Part shown: positions 1-12,501 of the stretch, one piece after another | Layout: each line of letters begins with the position of its first letter | Position numbering within the stretch: position 1 is the first letter of the stretch | DNA from: Octopus bimaculoides | Taxonomy: Eukaryota | Length of the DNA: 64,000 nucleotides | Reading direction: 5' to 3' | Assembly (NCBI RefSeq): GCF_001194135.2 | Contig: NC_068998.1 | Coordinates: 53,003,586-53,067,585 of the forward strand | The notes under the pieces: generated by a model | The model's database searches: none | What the model was told of the DNA's origin: nothing | Seen by the model: only the letters and a program-made list of their open reading frames with translations | Translations under genes and position numbers: made by a program

Positions 1-1218
1 CATATACATGTATCTACGCTTATATATGGGGCCTGGGTTTGCACTTGTGCATATGCTGTTATGATTTCGTGCGTATATCTTTTGTGTATACACGGTAAGG
101 GCATATGCTTGTGTTTATTTATACACACATGCATCTATATTATTATATGTGCGTATGTGCGATTAGGTTCACACTCACATATACTTGTGTGTGTACATGC
201 TCATGTATAAGGTTATGATCGTAACTATTTGCGTACATATCAGCATATGTATCTATATGCGTGATGCTATCTATATACATTTTTGTATACGCATATATGC
301 GCAATCTAAATTTTTATGCGCGTTCACTATATGTTCTTGCTTATTTTCTCTCTCTGCTTCTTCCTTCCTATCCCCAGCCTTTTCTTCCTTGGCTATCTTT
401 TTCTTTTCCATTTCGTTTTTCTTTTTTCTCTTTCTTTCTTTCTTTGTTCTTTCTTTCTTTCTTTGTTCTTTCTTTCTCCTTTTCCTGTTTTATGATACCT
501 ACATTCCCCCTGCCACCCCCTTTCCCATATTTAACGTTATTATAGATACGTTACTCTTTACCCCTCCACTCCATAGAATAAGATACAATTGTCGTTACCA
601 GTGCATAGGTTTTCCATGCGCAAACTTATATGCGTNNNNNNNNNNNNNNNNNNNNNNNNNNNNNNNNNNNNNNNNNNNNNNNNNNNNNNNNNNNNNNNNN
701 NNNNNNNNNNNNNNNNNNNNNNNNNNNNNNNNNNNNNNNNNNNNNNNNNNNNNNNNNNNNNNNNNNNNNNNNNNNNNNNNNNNNNNNNNNNNNNNNNNNN
801 NNNNNNNNNNNNNNNNNNNNNNNNNNNNNNNNNNNNNNNNNNNNNNNNNNNNNNNNNNNNNNNNNNNNNNNNNNNNNNNNNNNNNNNNNNNNNNNNNNNN
901 NNNNNNNNNNNNNNNNNNNNNNNNNNNNNNNNNNNNNNNNNNNNNNNNNNNNNNNNNNNNNNNNNNNNNNNNNNNNNNNNNNNNNNNNNNNNNNNNNNNN
1001 NNNNNNNNNNNNNNNNNNNNNNNNNNNNNNNNNNNNNNNNNNNNNNNNNNNNNNNNNNNNNNNNNNNNNNNNNNNNNNNNNNNNNNNNNNNNNNNNNNNN
1101 NNNNNNNNNNNNNNNNNNNNNNNNNNNNNNNNNNNNNNNNNNNNNNNNNNNNNNNNNNNNNNNNNNNNNNNNNNNNNNNNNNNNNNNNNNNNNNNNNNNN
1201 NNNNNNNNNNNNNNNNNN

Positions 1219-1258
<40 letters not shown>

Positions 1259-1310
1259 AATAGATGGAACGACAGACGGACAGATAGATTAGATATACTC
1301 ACATACTTAC

Positions 1311-1431
1311 AAACAAACATTGCTGTTAGAGCATCGATAGATATATTTCCATCTTCCTGTGGACTTATGTTCGAATTCTGCAACGCTACGATTTTATTGG
1401 TGTCGAACTGTAACGGTCTTACTCCCACTCC
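1311..1431 (-). CDS. Candidate internal exon (121 bp, GVGVRPLQFDTNKIVALQNSNISPQEDGNISIDALTAMFV), protein not recognised
   Basis: Minus strand has a branch-like ACTAAT, a pyrimidine-rich TCTTCCGTTTCAACGCCATCCATGTTTTCAG acceptor and a consensus GTAAGT donor. Only one of three frames is open. No homology recognised. Confidence 0.35.
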
Positions 1432-3449
1432 CTGAAAACATGGATGGCGTTGAAACGGAAGACTTAAATGCATGATTAGTCATTTCTCTTTCTGAAACTG
1501 TTGCCCGAATCCGTACATTCACATCGGTGCATATACCTGGTATAACCTGGCCTACATAGACAAAAGTAACGATATAGTTATAGTCTTATATAGCGAGGGA
1601 AACTATTTTCACGGTTATTTCGCTATGACCTGAGTGTGAGTTGAGGGAAAAAGAAAACGAAATTGAACATTTTCCAGTGGGTCTCTTGCACTTATTCAAT
1701 ACACATTACTAATTATAAAGTCTGATTTGCTGCTTTCGTCATTTTGTGAGAGAAACATTTCTAGATCCTTTTTAACAAATGCGTATGTAACACAATCACA
1801 AACATTGTATATTTTCGTTTTGAATCTGGCCAACAAATACTAACTTGTTTTCTGCTAACCTAAGTTTGAGACCTGTTTTGCGGTAAATTGGGAAGTTTTA
1901 AAACGGCAATCGTTTTTTTTTCTATCATGTCTATTTTCTTGTCTATGGGCTGGTCCAATTTGCCCCGCCCCCACTCGTAGCTTTGAGCCACGCCGTCATA
2001 AAGCTTCATTATAATAGTTTGCTGTATGGCTTAAATAAATTTTCATTATATAAAAACACTTGATAATTTGAGAAGGATGATTTGAGTAGATTATCTAAGA
2101 TAGTGTGCGAGATTCAGCTCCTATTCCTATATTGAAGGATTTCCTTTCCACATCTATAACACTTGCATTTACGTGAATATATGATTAAAAATATCCATAT
2201 AACATGTAATTTAATTTTTATCAGTTATATGCTCTCTAAGATATTTAGCCTCAAGTTTTTAATTAGCTGAAGAGATTTTTACTAAATCTGTCTGTTTGTT
2301 AGATATTGCGTAATAGCAAAACATATCAAAACAGAACGAAAAAACCTTTCTTGAAGGTGTATTAACTATAAAGTCAGATTTGTTTGTATACTTCATGCTG
2401 ACGTCAGCGGAAGACTCACTATATTTCTTCACATAAAATTTTATCTAAAGATAATATCAGTTTTCAGCATAAATATTTAGCGTCAAAGTATTGGCGTCAA
2501 AAATATATAGAAACCTCGAGAACGGAAAATAATTCCTTTTTAGAACGGCGGATCTCGAAGCAGATAATATTATTAATAATATCGAGTAAATATTAGGTTA
2601 AAAAGCTCTTGTGGTTAGAAAAAGTTGAATGCTGTCCGTGGGAATTTACAAATCTTCAATTTTTGATCAGGGCAGTATTCATATATTATATGGACATGTA
2701 AACTTATATACACGTAAATACTGCGACTATAGATGCAGAACGGAAATTCTACTGCAATATTGAAGTGGGCGTATTTATGTTTATATCTAATCGCATGGAA
2801 TTTATCGATGAGTACCATCCTCTTATTCTATAGTAGTGACGTAAATATGCTTAACATTCCGGTGAAAATCTTATCACAGAAAATTTCAGAACAGTACCTA
2901 CGTAAAATCTGTGGACAGATGAATCTTGTGGATAGGTTGTATGTGAAATTAGGTTTATGATCCTCAAACGGATTATGGTTTCTGCTGTGATTCAATGAGG
3001 ATTCTTTCGGCTATGCTTAATCTTGTTTCATATTGCTTAGCTTCTAAGTTAATGCAATATAATATGCTTTGGATGTTTGTTACATATACATTATTCAAGC
3101 TATTTAGATAAATATATTTCATATGTATTGGAATTAAGTCAATATAGACTTTTAGTGTAGCCGATTGTGCGAAACTGATGTAAGAGATTTTTGAAGGTTT
3201 CTAGTTTGTATTTTAAGACTGTTTCTAAGTTCTTTTCCTGTCCGTTAGGATTTCCCTCTTTACCCCAAATATTCATTATTTCTCTTCAGTTCCTATGCAA
3301 CAGCATGCATTCACTCAATCATTATATATACACATATATCTACACACTGACTCATTTTATGTACATTGATAAATAAACACATACGAATATATATATATAT
3401 ATATATATATGTGTGGGTGTGTGTGTGCATATATATATGTGTGTATATA

Positions 3450-3480
<31 letters not shown>

Positions 3481-3647
3481 GTATATGTATATATGTGGAT
3501 ATGTATGTATATGTATATATGTATGTATATGTATATATGTATGTATANNNNNNNNNNNNNNNNNNNNNNNNNNNNNNNNNNNNNNNNNNNNNNNNNNNNN
3601 NNNNNNNNNNNNNNNNNNNNNNNNNNNNNNNNNNNNNNNNNNNNNNN

Positions 3648-3689
<42 letters not shown>

Positions 3690-4726
3690 CATGCATAGAA
3701 ATACATGCATACATACTCACGTGTATGTGCGTGCTTGCTAGCGTCAATTTGCCTTGTTGCGATTTGCTTTGTCGAACAAAGAGAAATGAAAGTGATAAAA
3801 GGTCTTGTTAAAATTTGAACTGCAATCAAAAAGAAAAAAATATATATAAGTGGTTCAATGCATTCAGCTGTAATATTTATTGTATTAGTAACTTATAAGA
3901 GGACATGACACACTTGTCAAAATAGCCATTAACATTGTAATTGTCTCTTCTTTCTCAATAATATCCGAGAGAAGTACTGACACTACCAGCATTTCCAGAA
4001 GTCAATGCCAACTTCATTTTCAAATCTTAAACTATTTTCCAACTGCCAAATTATTAGTAATCACGTGGAAGTTTCATTATTGATGAATCATTTTGTTGCA
4101 ATTGAATATAATAAAAAAGAAAGAAAGAGAAACCTCCAGTGTAAAAGTAATGGCGCCAAAATCTCCTTATATTTGTGCGGAATAAATATATACTATATTC
4201 GGCAGCAATTTTGATCAATCAAACTGCATCAGAAATTGCTGATTATGTGAAAATATAAACAAAATTATTTCATGCCTTAAATGAAACGAAACTCACCCAA
4301 GGGTACCAATTCATATTTTAGTCTATTCAATTCGTGATGAAGTAATTACGTTTTTGTCTAGTAATAGCTTTAGGAAGCTCGAAACCGGCCAATGGTAAGA
4401 AATGAGACGAGTGTTTAATAACGCGCCTCTAATTTTCAATGGATTCAATAAACCACACATTCCTGAATTACCCTTGCGCCTTGCTGAACGAAATCAATAA
4501 AATGGGAGGCTTCCATGACTTACATTTCACTACGAAAATCTCCATACTTATTCTGTGTTTTGAAGTGAAAATCAATAAATAATTTTTGTAAAGTTACATT
4601 CCAGCTGATTGAAGAAGTTGACTATTATATCAATGATTCTTTTTAAAACTCCATCGGTTGCAGAAATCCCCATGTTCAACTCCGTAATTATTTCACTAAG
4701 AAGTTTTCCAGTAGATCTGTTTAAGC

Positions 4727-5037
4727 CAGGGCTGGCCAACCTACACTTTTATCTTGTGGCCCGCTTGATAATTTCTTGAAATGGGTGAGCTCTTTATTGT
4801 GTTTAATTTCAAAATAAAATTGTTTGTGTAAAACCTTTGTTTCTAAATAAATTTAAAATTTACAAGAGACAATAAAGCAATATCCTACAATATCATAATT
4901 TTAAACAAACGAAAAGTATGAAAAATTCTTCATTCTGTAAGTTAATTATTTGACTATTCGTGCCTAAATTATACATGTGACCCTCAAAAAACTTTGATTA
5001 ATGTGGTCCGCAATATAATTCGAGTTGGCCAGGTCTG
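4727..5037. mobile_element. Non-autonomous hAT element (MITE, 311 bp), Charlie/Buster-type target site
   Basis: TIRs CAGGGCTGGCCAAC and GTTGGCCAGGTCTG match 12/14. The 8-bp TSD is GTTTAAGC (4719-4726) / GTTTAAGA (5038-5045), 7/8 identical with central TA. Confidence 0.85.
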
Positions 5038-5507
5038 GTTTAAGATTTCAAGACAAACAAACATTTATTCATTACGTGGATACATAGATACACAGCCATA
5101 CATTTTGAGAGAAGGTGTTGAGCCGTAGTCAACCACATTGATTCCAATAGTTCACCAAACACACGGTTATACAGATATTATAATTTCAATGAAAAGTGGG
5201 TTTATATTGGGTGACATAAGATCCTTTAACAAAAATTAAAAACTATTTGAGCTGCTTGTCAAGTAAGTAGATATAAAAGATGTAATATATGTAAGAGGGA
5301 TAAAGACAGCTGAGTGAAATGATGGGCTGATGAAATTTGGGAGGAAATCTTTAGAAAGTATCCAGAAATGAAACTACAAGACAATTAGGTTCCATATTGT
5401 AAATCGCCTGTTTTCATATAAAAATAGATGGACCATATTTGTCTCAGCGTATATATATATGTTCACATGTATATCTATATTACGTGTGTCTACATGTGTG
5501 TGCGTCC

Positions 5508-5512
<5 letters not shown>

Positions 5513-5578
<66 letters not shown>
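5513..5578. repeat. (TA)n microsatellite, about 33 units (one of dozens in the window)
   Basis: Direct reading. Confidence 0.97.
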
Positions 5579-5587
<9 letters not shown>

Positions 5588-6837
5588 CTATATATATATA
5601 TATATATACACACGCATATAAAAGTATATTTATGTATACGTAATATAAAGCCAGCTCATATTACATACCTATTACATTATGTCAATTGACGAAAACACAT
5701 TTTATATTCTATTACGATATATATATGTATACACACACACACACACACATATATATGCATTCATGCATGCAAGTGTATATGTGTGTATGTGCGTGTATAA
5801 ATATATATATGCATAAGCTGGCTGATTAAGTAATGACACAACAGCTTCAATAAAAATCAAACAACCATACAATTCTTTTTCCTGACATCACATGTCTGGT
5901 CGGGCCAGAGGACTAAGTTGGCCTCATCGCAATTTGAAGATTTCTTTCCTGACAATGCAGTATAATTTTAAGACTGATATGAATAAACCGTAACAATATA
6001 ATATGATGAATCGTGACTGTGGATCACTACATCAATAGCATTAAAACAGGCTACGTTTAAAAAAAAGTTTAAGAAATAAAATTAGATCGCTTTAAATATA
6101 ATTATTCAAATTGAATGGAGTGCAAGCATTAGAAGACATCACATAGCAATTTTCCAATTCCTGAAAATGTCCATGTATGTGCGCAGAACACACACACATT
6201 CATATATATTCAGGCATATACTGATATATATATATATAGACAGATAGATAGATAGATATACACGTACGAACACACTCATATATGTACACATTACAAGCAT
6301 ATTTACCAGTATATATGCCTCATATATATGCATATGCGTATATACTTGCACGCATATATGCATACGGATTCGTACATGTATACAGACATGCATACACGCT
6401 TATTGCTTATGCGTATCTATCTACCTAATGAAGTCAAATGACAAAGATGCAGAGTATACGATGACTCCAGCTACACCCACCTAGATCTAACGAGTACAAC
6501 TTGTGCAGGTGCAGATTTTGCGAGGAGACTAGACTCCTTATCTCCAAAGAATTAAAACGGTTAAAGAAGAGAATATGAAATATTCGATAAAGTGAAGAAG
6601 TCGATGTCAGTAGCGATACATGAAATACACATNNNNNNNNNNNNNNNNNNNNNNNNNNNNNNNNNNNNNNNNNNNNNNNNNNNNNNNNNNNNNNNNNNNN
6701 NNNNNNNNNNNNNNNNNNNNNNNNNNNNNNNNNNNNNNNNNNNNNNNNNNNNNNNNNNNNNNNNNNNNNNNNNNNNNNNNNNNNNNNNNNNNNNNNNNNN
6801 NNNNNNNNNNNNNNNNNNNNNNNNNNNNNNNNNNNNN

Positions 6838-6967
6838 CTTTGCCTTTCTTCCTTTCGGGGTCTATAAATTAAGTACCAGTTACGCACTGGGGGTTAATGC
6901 AATCGACTTTGTCTGTCCTTGTTTGTCCCCTCTATGTTTAGCCCCTTGTGGGCAATAAAGAAATAAG
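6838..6967 (+). mobile_element. tRNA-derived SINE, 3' part (tail type A), 5' end lost in gap
   Basis: Core CTTTGCCTTTCTTCCTTTCGGGGTCTATAAATTAAGTACCAG matches other copies. Tail is GTCCTTGTTTGTCCCCTCTATGTTTAGCCCCTTGTGGGCAATAAAGAAATAAG. Confidence 0.85.
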
Positions 6968-7134
6968 AAACCTTAGCAGGCCGGTCGAAATGCTTAGCGG
7001 TATTTCTTGTCTCTACGTTCTGAGTTCAAATTCCTCCGAGGTCGACTTTGCCTTTCATCATTTCGGGTTCTATAATCGACTGGCCCCTCCCCCAAAAGTT
7101 TCGAGTCTTGTGCCTAGAGTAGAAAAGAATATTA
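6968..7134 (+). mobile_element. tRNA-derived SINE (tail type B), 5'-truncated with internal deletion
   Basis: GAAATGCTTAGCGGTATTTC...GAGTTCAAATTCC...GTCGACTTTGCCTTTCATC...CGACTGGCCCCTCCCCAAAA...GTGCCTAGAGTAGAAAAGAATATT, the same family as 37969-38183. Confidence 0.88.
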
Positions 7135-8642
7135 CGCAAACATTCCATCTTAAAGGTCTCTACTAGAGAAATAGGAATTTAAATTTCAAAGTGCTAAAGC
7201 TTTTCCTAAAATTAACAAGTTGTTTCATTACTTTGCCTGTCTTCTTATCGGTTTGAAGTATGTAACTGTGATTCCTTACCAAGTATAGTATTATTTTCGA
7301 AACTGTTTTTAGAAATTTCATCTAGATCTCTAAGGTGATCCTTGTACCCGCCAAAACAGGTGTGGTGCAGCAATTTACGCAATAAGCACTTCAAATCAGT
7401 GGTCAAACCAATTTTGGACTTAATATAAATGTAAAGAATGCTTTAAAGAAAATATTTAAAAAAAAAGTAAGTAACGGTGAAAATTATTCTCAAAGAATGA
7501 AAATAGATAATACTTATGTTATAAATTAAAAGCATTTTCTATTGAAAATGTATCAGTCTGTTCAAGTGTAAAACTTTTCTTTTGATATCTATTTGATCAA
7601 CTTTTTAATTTGATATACCTGTGAGAGTACATATAATGGATTCAGTAAATAATATTGATGGAAATATTCCCTTTGTTCATTGATATTCGCCTCTGAAAAC
7701 CTTTATAGTTAATATGAGATCAACTACAACAAAGAAAATTTGAAGGTTATTGGAAAGAAATATTTAGTGAAAACTATACAATACTTCACAAAGGGAAGGG
7801 ATTTATAAATTTAATATATTTTGAAAGATTTACTTAATATGAACGCTGTTTCAGATTAAAGTAGTTAAAGAAGGTTCAAAGCGTTAGCAAAAGTCGGATC
7901 ATAATTTGGAATTTAAAATATCGAACTGCTTGAAAATGTAGCTGAAATATCTGTAGAATCCTTTAGGAGCAAATATCATACAGAATCTTATATTTGAAGT
8001 TGACGAAGTTCCAAGTAGATTGACATTGCGATAGTTCTGTTATAACTCACACGGCTTCTCTATGCATTAAATCCTGAAGTGATCGGAAACAAGATTAAAA
8101 ATAAATTCATACGTAGAATTGATTCTATTCCAGGAAATTGAAAATATTAATTCAGTAAATTTTAACTAATAACGTTTCTAAGACGGATCGGTAGTTAAGA
8201 ATCTCTGCTATATGCAATATTACAAACCAAATTAGATATTCCAAGCACGAGTCCAAAGAGATCTGTCGCCAATATCATGTTAAATCTTTTTAACTAAAGT
8301 TACTCCGAAAGATGTTGCGAAATAGTCAAAGTAGGAAGATTTTCAAATACAGAAACACTTTCTTGAGTTTATACAGACAGAAAATCTCTCCTTATGTTAA
8401 TGAATAGATTAGAAACAGTAATAGGGCGCAGAGAGAAACATCAAGAGCAGTGATCCAAGTGATGTACACAATGTACCACAGGCTATTAGTATGCAAAAAA
8501 CACCTTCTGCACCAGACATTCTTTAAGAATATGAAGTCAAGTCTTAAATGAAAAAAAGAACAAGATACATATTGTAAGCCTCGTGTATGAGGAAAAATTC
8601 ATATTGAAAGGTATGACATCAAAATATTATATAAGGATAGAA

Positions 8643-8690
<48 letters not shown>

Positions 8691-10503
8691 CATCAGTTAA
8701 ATAGTAATACAGTATACAAATATGATAATCGACAAAAATAAAGCAATAGATAAAAAAGATATACCAAAATTTGTGTTGGCTGGGATTAAATGCAAGGGAA
8801 ATAATAGCTAAAATAATCCCTATATGAGTCGCATACCTTTCTCTGTATAACCCATTCGACCAAACGGTTGATTTTTCAGTTAAGCCTTGCGTAATCTCAT
8901 GTCACCTGATTCGAAGTGGAGATTGATTAGCAACATTAACCAAAAGGGGTGGAAAGCAAAGACGACTGCGGCGGACTTTGTAATCGGAACATAAATATCC
9001 GCGACAAATGACCACGAGAAGCATTCGTCCGGTGGTTAGAGATTCTACAAGGTTGTCCATTTCAGTTGGGTGACAGTAATGATTTCTTATATTACCAGAG
9101 ATTCATGTAATCATTTGAATGGTAATATGGATTAATTCGACCCAAATATACGACTGCTCTATATAATATAGTTTATCGATCCAAAGAATGAAATGCGATC
9201 GGTGGAATTAGAACTCAGCAATTAATGGGGATATAATAACATTTAGAAAGTTTGTTCGTCACGCCGCACTATAATTTCTGTTATTTCATCTCTACGACCC
9301 TTACTGTACCATACCACACTCGAACTTGAGTAATTGGAATTATTACTCTTTCCACTGTGAAAGTATACGGGCAACTATGTGAATAATGCTCTTATGAAAG
9401 GACCTCAGCCAAAGTCAAAATGAAAACGCTTAAGCCGAATAGTATCTTAATTTATTATTTTGAATTGTTGTAGTGAAAAGTGTCATCATACAATTTAGCC
9501 ACACAGGAAGGGGGCAACGATCTGGTGAAATTACTTGTTAAAAGATCTACTGGTTTTGCTTTTGTTATATTGTAGTTAGAAACGAAATCAATATCTTTGA
9601 TACGATATCTAATCCTTTTGTAATGCAGAACATTTACAGGGTTTCCTAATTAGTTTGTGTTGTGAAGCATTGAAACAGTGTAAAGTTCTGAAATTGAACC
9701 CTAAAGAATGCAGGCTTTGTTAATTATTCATTCATACCTTTGTTTAATTAGCTACCATTATCCTCGGAACATTTTCGTCTCACCCATAAGACATATTCGT
9801 TGATCTGTACCGCGTCTGTAGCAAAAATCACTGACTAGGTCAAAATATCGATGATGACTTCTAGTTGGAATCATAGAGCTAACTTTAATGTTTATAGAAA
9901 CAATTAAGATGTTTCTGTCGATTATAATTATGGTCACAATGGTTGTGATGTTTATGTAGTTGTTAAGTATTAAACGTTATATTTCTCACAATGGCATCTT
10001 CAACGTTAATGAATTAGTTTTATGGTCTGGTCATTCTATTAATGAACCATTTTAAGATACTTTAATGATTGTTTATTTGTTCTTTTATGACGTATTATCA
10101 TCACGTATTTGTACAAGTACCGCTTCCGCTACTTAGCCATCAATTAGTAGGCCAGACGGTGAGTTCAATATTCGATAGCACTTATTTTGTTGGATAATTA
10201 AGGATGCAGCTGAAATGTAATGTTCCAGAGGTTACTATACTGCCAGTATACTATATTCAAGAATCTATCTAACTATCTATTTATCTATGTATCTTTCTTC
10301 TCGACATTGAAAAATGTCGAGAAACATAGTCATAGAACGCTGGACAGAAACTTTAATGAACGAACATTTTCCTAGACTTGAGACGCTAGGAGAACAAAAA
10401 AATAAATCATGCACGCGCACACACACCAAAACAATAACAGACATCGAGAAAAAGAATGAAGCAACAGATTCTAAAGTCAAAGCTGTCAACGTCNNNNNNN
10501 NNN

Positions 10504-10540
<37 letters not shown>

Positions 10541-10544
<4 letters not shown>

Positions 10545-10662
10545 GGATGATTCACAAATAAAACAACAAAAGACGAAGACAGGTGGTGTAGACAACAAAC
10601 AGATGTATTGTATAACATTTAGGAAGTGACAAAGAACTTAACGTTTCGACACTACGCTCTGC
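10541..10662 (-). mobile_element. Probable Penelope-like terminal-repeat relic next to (TA)n
   Basis: Starts TTAGGGA directly after (TA)n. The minus strand reads GAGCGTAGTGTCGAAACGTT, a decayed stem II + GAAACGTT like the hammerhead at 35.2 kb, but CUGANGA is absent. Family assignment is inference. Confidence 0.45.
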
Positions 10663-11679
10663 GTGTCACACTAGGCAGATATATTCTCCTATAGCCACGA
10701 ATTAACCAACATCCTGTGAGTGAATTTCGTAGACGGGAACTCTATATGTGTTTATGCTTGTCACATTACCACTTGAAAACTGGTATCGTTTTGATTACGA
10801 TAGACATAACTTCGCAGTTCTGCAAAAGTGACGGACTCCGAAAATTGTATTACAGAAGACCATTTCAGTTAAACCCTTCGACGCAAAGGTCCCTGCCTGA
10901 ATCACTGCAATGTACGAAACAAGAAACAAGTTTTTCCCTACAAGATTTAAGCCTTGCATCTAGGCTAGAAAAGAAGTTACAAACACAAGAAAATATCAAA
11001 TTCTGATGAACATACAACAATAGCAGAAGTATACAAAACAAGACCAAAAATCCTTGTGTTTCTACTAGAGCCGAACAACGTACAAAACTATGGTGTTAAT
11101 AGAGAGATAGGAAAACGACATTTTACTTTGTTGGTTATGAAGGACTTCAACGCTGGTGGCGCAACACTAATCATTGACCTGCTAAACAACGGTTCATTGA
11201 ATACGATTGTCATTAGTCTACAGTAGAAAAAAAGTTTGATATCAAGGCATAGAACGGTTTAGTTTGTATAGCTATAGTTGAAATGAAGTCAGACAGTTGT
11301 AAAGAGTAGATATTATATAGTCATAATAAATATCAGAGAAAACATTTCCGGATATCAATGGTCCATCTTTACAAGAAAAAAAAATATCAGAAGTCTAAAC
11401 TTAATGAAGTAAATAGAAGATTTTAGTCGAAAGTTCGGTATATAGTAATGATAGTGATATTTTACAAGTCTCTGTATGAATACCAAATAAATATATATTA
11501 AGATAGATATTATGGGAATGAAAAGACTGCTGGCATTTTATAGCTTTATCAAGAATATGAGCACAAAAAATAACTTTAATAAATATATATATATTGTATT
11601 ATATTATATACACATATATATTAACATATCTCTCTCTACACACACATATGAGTGTGTAAAAGATAGAATGAATACAGAC

Positions 11680-11749
<70 letters not shown>

Positions 11750-12303
11750 GTATATATATATTCCGTATATAAAAATATATCTATGTATCTATATATGCTC
11801 ATATTTATATGCACAGGCATACATATACTGACTTATATATATATATATATATATATGTATACACACACACTTCGAAACGTAATATAATCGAGTTAGACTA
11901 AAAACTTATTTGCGCAAGGGGAAGAATAAACCTATTCAAGACGGACCGACATATATCCTGTATATTCCAGGAAATCGACAGGAAAAAAAAATATGTGAAA
12001 ATCGGATAACTTCGTGTTTAATAATACTTCATAACAGATTACTTTGACTTTGCGCAATTGACTATGTATTAAAACACACATGCCGACATAAATACACACA
12101 CACAGATACAGCCACCCACATACACATATACATACATTTACACACATACAAATATATATATATATATATATATATACATGCATATGTAGGTATAGGATCC
12201 GTTTTGGGTAGTTAAGAAGCCGTCATTGTAATCAAGAAGTTTTGGAATCAGATTTACTATGCAGAACGTTGGGCAGGCGTCTGACATTAAATANNNNNNN
12301 NNN

Positions 12304-12332
<29 letters not shown>

Positions 12333-12335
<3 letters not shown>

Positions 12336-12501
12336 GACGGGCTTCTTTCAGTATCCGTCTACCAAATTAAACTCACAAGACTTTGGTCGACCCGAGCCTA
12401 TTGTAGAACACACTTACCGAAGTTGCCACGCAGTGGGACTTAACTCGGATCCATGTGGTTGGAAAGCCGGATTCTTTCCACACAGCCATTCCCGCGCCTA
12501 T
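12333..12501 (-). mobile_element. tRNA-derived SINE head + CORE-like segment (second SINE family, octopus OR-type by recollection)
   Basis: Minus strand ATAGGCGCGGGAATGGCTGTGTGGAAAG (A-box-like)...GAGTTAAGTCCCACTGCGTGGCAACTTCGGTAAGTG (B-box/CORE-like)...AAGAAGCCCGTCGTATA, ending in (TA)n. Decayed relatives lie near 15006-15115, 20526-20688, 32235-32350 and 62770-62830. Confidence 0.8.

Noticed and set aside
4280-4720. Chain of minus-strand splice-like signals and short open frames
   Set aside because: The implied introns are only 40-45 bp and the peptides are unrecognisable.
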